DNA of 64,000 bases from an uncultured bacterium (GTDB lineage Bacteria > Acidobacteriota > Thermoanaerobaculia > Multivoradales > JAHEKO01): the NCBI GenBank assembly GCA_905479655.1, contig CAJQNK010000005.1:9544-73543 (forward strand). The letters are read 5' to 3'. Positions 60,720-64,000 of this stretch are shown one piece after another (position 1 is the first letter of the stretch; the number at the start of each line of letters is the position of its first letter). Made by a program: the position numbers and the translations under genes. The notes beneath the pieces are model-generated. The model was given only the letters and a program-made list of their open reading frames with translations, was not told where the DNA came from and made no database searches.

Positions 60720-62048
60720 TCAGCGTAGCGTCCGCGTGATGCCGAAGTGCAGCCCGACGTCGATCGAGCTGCCGAGGTTGACCACGTTTTCGGAGATCGC
60801 CGCGAAGATCACCGTCCTCTCGCTCAGCCCCCGCTTGACGCCGAGGTCCACGAGGTAGGCGATCTGGTCGAGCTCACCGATCTTCAGGTCGCCGAAGGGG
60901 CTCTGTGAGACCGTCGTCTGGGCGACGATTGACGTCTTCGTCCCGATGGCACGCTCGTAGGCCAGCATGGCTGAGAAGAGGGTCTGGTCGCCGAGCAGCT
61001 GAGACTCTCCGAGGTGGGACACGGCCACCGCCGCGTGGAGGCAGGAGCGATCGAAGTAGCGCGTGCTCAGGACCTGCAGCCCCAGGTCGATCGATCCCGA
61101 GCCGGCGAGATCGTCCTCGTCTCCGGTCGGGAGCTTGACCGTTCCGGCGACCGCCAGGTGCCAGGCCGATGACGTTCGAAGCCGGGCCTTGATCCCGAGG
61201 GAGATGTCGCTGAGCCCGAAGCCGGGCGCGTCGGGCCTGTAGAGCTCGTTGCCACGGGCGTCGCGGACGTAGACCCGGTAGTCGTTGCGCAGGGCCCCGT
61301 CCCTCCCCTGCTGCCCGAAGCCGAAGGTGTCGTGGAATCCCTCGATCACGCTGTCGCCGGCCCCACCTCGGAGGCCGAGGGCGGGAACGGTGAGGCTGAG
61401 CTGCAGCCCGTGCCCGATCCCACGCCGCACCACGAGGCTCGTGCGGTAGAGCTCTCCGTCCGCGTGATAGAGCCCTTCGCCCGGCCGGTCCGGCTCGATC
61501 GACCTGAGCTCGTCGAGGGTCAGAGGCGCGCGCTCGTCGCGGGCGTCCAAGAACTTCTCGACGTTGCTCGACTGCACCCAGGTGTTCGTGACGCTCTGGA
61601 CCAGGTCGATCTGCCACTGGCCTTGCCCGAGCACGTCGGCGCTCTCCGGCTCGACGGAGAGGAACCCCATGCCGATGAGCAGCTGGTCGCGGATCCGCAG
61701 CGGTCCCGTGTCCAGAAACGACAGGCCTTCGAGCGGCTCCCACTCCTCGGCGCCCGCGCCGGCGGCGAGCCCGAGAGCGAGTAGCACCAGGATCGCGGAG
61801 CGGCCCCAGGGCCTGCGCGGCCGGTGGCTCGGTTGCCGCCGGAAGTCGGGCGGACGGACCCAGAACGGAACCTCGCCATCGGGGTCGATGGGGACGGCCG
61901 GCGTGCGGTTGTAGGGGCCTGGAAGGCGGCGGCAGCGGACCGAGAGACGGCGAAGCAGGGCGCAGAGTCGCCCGCTTGCCGCGGGGATGGAGGTGTGCTC
62001 GTGCGGTCGGCCGGCGGGTGCGGTCGGAGCGATGTTCTGTCTGCTCAT
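60720..62048 (-). CDS. Hypothetical exported/membrane-anchored protein, third gene of the ECF sigma/anti-sigma operon
   Basis: There is an ATGA overlap with the anti-sigma stop. An Arg/Pro-rich N-terminal stretch of about 80 aa precedes the hydrophobic segment ILVLLALGLAAGAGA. Confidence 0.5.
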   Translation of the reverse strand: MSRQNIAPTAPAGRPHEHTSIPAASGRLCALLRRLSVRCRRLPGPYNRTPAVPIDPDGEVPFWVRPPDFRRQPSHRPRRPWGRSAILVLLALGLAAGAGAEEWEPLEGLSFLDTGPLRIRDQLLIGMGFLSVEPESADVLGQGQWQIDLVQSVTNTWVQSSNVEKFLDARDERAPLTLDELRSIEPDRPGEGLYHADGELYRTSLVVRRGIGHGLQLSLTVPALGLRGGAGDSVIEGFHDTFGFGQQGRDGALRNDYRVYVRDARGNELYRPDAPGFGLSDISLGIKARLRTSSAWHLAVAGTVKLPTGDEDDLAGSGSIDLGLQVLSTRYFDRSCLHAAVAVSHLGESQLLGDQTLFSAMLAYERAIGTKTSIVAQTTVSQSPFGDLKIGELDQIAYLVDLGVKRGLSERTVIFAAISENVVNLGSSIDVGLHFGITRTLR

Positions 62049-62422
62049 GTACCGTGAGTGCGCGAAGCCGCTGGCTTCTTACATCCGGGTTCGAGATCGC
62101 TGCCGGACCTGGATTCCGGCGTGCGAGGTGCGGGCCTCCCGCCCTCCTGCGCCGGCGGGATCTCCGGCTCCGGCTCCAGGTCGTCGGCCGGCGGAGAATC
62201 GCCCAGGATGGCGTCGCACAGCCTCGCGATGCGCGCTCGATCCTCCGCCTCCTCGCTCAAGGCCTGGCCCGCGGCCTCGCCGAGGGCGCGAAGCTGGGCG
62301 GCATAGCGGCGGCAGTGGCGGCACAAGAGGAGGTGAAGGCGGATCCCGATGCGTCTCCAGACGCCGGCGACCTCGACCTCGCCGGCCGCAACGGCCCGGG
62401 AGACCTCACGGCACGTCGGCAT
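62045..62422 (-). CDS. Zinc-finger (zf-HC2/ZAS-type) anti-sigma factor
   Basis: The N-terminal motif is HLLLCRHCRRY, an H-x3-C-x2-C pattern. It overlaps the sigma-factor gene by 17 nt. Confidence 0.55.
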   Translation of the reverse strand: MPTCREVSRAVAAGEVEVAGVWRRIGIRLHLLLCRHCRRYAAQLRALGEAAGQALSEEAEDRARIARLCDAILGDSPPADDLEPEPEIPPAQEGGRPAPRTPESRSGSDLEPGCKKPAASRTHGT

Positions 62423-63035
62423 GGCCAGCCCCCCGCTGCTTGCGCTCCAGACACTCGCGAGTCCTGTTCCTGAGGCGGTAGAGCATCACACCCAGGTGGG
62501 TGGCGGTCACGCCGAGGATCTTACAGATCTCGTCGGTCGAGAACCCCTCCACCTCTCGAAGGTGGAAGGCCGTCCGCTGGCTGGCCGGAGACTCCGAGAG
62601 GCAATCGGAGAGGAAGCGCCGCAGCTCGTGGGTGTGGAGGAGCTGGTCGGAGCCTTCCGGGGGCCGGCTCCAGGAGCCGTTCGGCGAGAATCGGGCCTCC
62701 ACCACGTCGTCGATGGGATCGTGGCGCCGCTCCCTGGCCCGGCCTCGGCGAGCCTCGGCGATCTTGCGGTAGAGGATGCCGAACAGGAAGGTCCTGACGT
62801 GGGACCGGCCCTCGAAGCGCGGAGCGATTTCCAGGAAGGTCGTGAAGGTCTCCTGCGTGACCTCCTCTGCCTGCGCGGCGACGAGCCCGGCGCCTCGGGC
62901 CGCTCGCAGGACCTGAGGCAGGTACTTCTCGGTCACCCGCCGGAGCGTCGCCGGATCGCGGCGCCGGATGGCCTCGGCCGCGATCTCGTGGGGAGTCGCC
63001 AGCCGAGGGGTCGTGAATCGAGCGCTGAGATTCAC
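62406..63035 (-). CDS. RNA polymerase ECF-type sigma-70 factor
   Basis: Sigma-2 and sigma-4 regions are present. The sigma-4 HTH is FSTDEICKILGVTATHLGVMLYRLRNR. Confidence 0.85.
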   Translation of the reverse strand: MNLSARFTTPRLATPHEIAAEAIRRRDPATLRRVTEKYLPQVLRAARGAGLVAAQAEEVTQETFTTFLEIAPRFEGRSHVRTFLFGILYRKIAEARRGRARERRHDPIDDVVEARFSPNGSWSRPPEGSDQLLHTHELRRFLSDCLSESPASQRTAFHLREVEGFSTDEICKILGVTATHLGVMLYRLRNRTRECLERKQRGAGHADVP

Positions 63036-63137
63036 CGGGCGTCGACTCCAGCGCAGAGACTCGTCCTATACACTCTCCAAGTTACGAGCGCCACGTCGAA
63101 CCGGACTGGATCTCCCTCGATGGGCTGGGGCGTGAGC

Positions 63138-64000
63138 TCAATGGCCGGCGATGAAAACGACGATGTCGTCCGACACTGCTTGGAGCGACGGCTGGTGGAG
63201 GTACATCATGTGGCCGCCGTCGTAGTTCCGGATCGTCAGTCGGTCCACGTCGATGCCGCTGTGGCGCAACATGTACTCGGTGGCGTAGTACGACGTGGTG
63301 AGGTCGTGGTAGCCGGCGGCGGAGAAGATCCGCAGCGCCTCGTTGTCCTTGGTCCCCTGGGCCATCTGGCCGGTGACGTCGACGTAGCCGGCGAAGGCTC
63401 CCTGGCCGTTTCGTGGGCGCTTCCATGCCTGGTTGGCCTCGCCGCTCGAGCCGATGAAGCGCCGGGTCCAGTCGACCTCGAGGTCGTTGCGCAGATAACT
63501 CTGGAAGGTCGTGACGTAGATGGGCCCGGTCTTGGCCGAGAACGGGTCGCCGTCGGGGTACTCGGCCACGTCGTCGAGCTCGTCCTGCGTGTAGCGGCCG
63601 TCCAGGAGTCCCACGGACCGCCCCTCGTCGCGTAGCAGCTCCTTGATGAAGCGAATGGCGTAGATGCGCAGGTCGCTGCGCAGGAGGTAGTCCACCGACA
63701 GGCCGGTGTAGCGGTGCAGGCGCTCGGCCACGCGACGCTTCTCCTCGGCGTCGAGGGCGTCGCCGCGGAAGAGCGCGGCCAGGTAGTCGTCGCCGGCGTA
63801 CTCCTCGACCTCGTCGAGCAGGGTCCGGAGGTCGGGCCACTCGTCGGGGAGCTTGCCGTGGTAGTACGCGGTCGCCGCGTAGGCCGGGAGGTGGGTGGCG
63901 TAGGGCAGGTCGTTGCCCGTCGTGTAGAACGGGAGCGTCCCCATGTTGAGGGCGGGAGAGACCAGGATCAGGCCGTTCAGCCCGATGTTGAGCTCCTGCT
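63138..64000 (-). CDS. Serine carboxypeptidase (peptidase S10-like), C-terminal part. The gene continues beyond the window end.
   Basis: The frame is open to the window edge. The C-terminal catalytic-His context is DGGHMMYLHQP, and an upstream LVSPAL segment fits the family. Confidence 0.55.
   Translation of the reverse strand, partial: QELNIGLNGLILVSPALNMGTLPFYTTGNDLPYATHLPAYAATAYYHGKLPDEWPDLRTLLDEVEEYAGDDYLAALFRGDALDAEEKRRVAERLHRYTGLSVDYLLRSDLRIYAIRFIKELLRDEGRSVGLLDGRYTQDELDDVAEYPDGDPFSAKTGPIYVTTFQSYLRNDLEVDWTRRFIGSSGEANQAWKRPRNGQGAFAGYVDVTGQMAQGTKDNEALRIFSAAGYHDLTTSYYATEYMLRHSGIDVDRLTIRNYDGGHMMYLHQPSLQAVSDDIVVFIAGH

Overview
This is a high-GC (about 70%) bacterial chromosomal window with Gram-negative hallmarks: a TonB-dependent receptor, lipoprotein outer-membrane factor and RND/ABC efflux systems. 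There are no rRNA, tRNA, CRISPR arrays, transposases or integrases. Gene density is high and many junctions are 4-nt ATGA/GTGA start/stop overlaps, indicating translationally coupled operons. Most long ORFs in alternative or antisense frames are GC-driven artefacts.

Main contents, left to right:

(1) A compact NRPS biosynthetic locus at about 1-17.4 kb. It holds a Wzx-like flippase fragment and a GT4 glycosyltransferase. An operon then runs NRPS (C-A-PCP-TE), SAM methyltransferase, sulfotransferase and GT2. On the opposite strand is an operon of acyl-CoA-dehydrogenase-like flavoenzyme, HupE/UreJ-like membrane protein, standalone adenylation enzyme, standalone carrier protein and a second NRPS (C-A-PCP). 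The A domain of the second NRPS is interrupted between motifs A8 and A10 by a roughly 300-aa PP-loop ATP-pyrophosphatase domain. That insert has an SGGKDS motif, a CxxC…CxxC zinc ribbon and CxxC…C cysteines, and resembles TtcA/TtuA. This is the most unusual object in the window.

(2) Between 17.5 and 33 kb lie an Xni flap endonuclease, an FG-GAP secreted protein, an RND pump, an M19 dipeptidase, an ArsR-methyltransferase fusion next to ahcY, and an ABC-2 exporter. The glutamate synthase large subunit follows at 33.3-37.8 kb.

(3) Between 38 and 64 kb are a DUF885 protein, a TonB receptor and a CorC/CNNM transporter. Next is an AhpD/CMD-family gene with an in-frame UGA at the expected CxxC cysteine position, followed by a fdhF-like SECIS hairpin with a GGUCU loop; this is a candidate selenoprotein. 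After it come an M14 carboxypeptidase, purEK and a complete ybiH-ybhGFSR-type efflux operon (TetR, HlyD, double-NBD ABC ATPase, two ABC-2 permeases, NodT-type OMF). The window ends with a second DUF885, a GlcD-like FAD oxidase, YceI, an ECF sigma/anti-sigma operon and a partial S10 peptidase.
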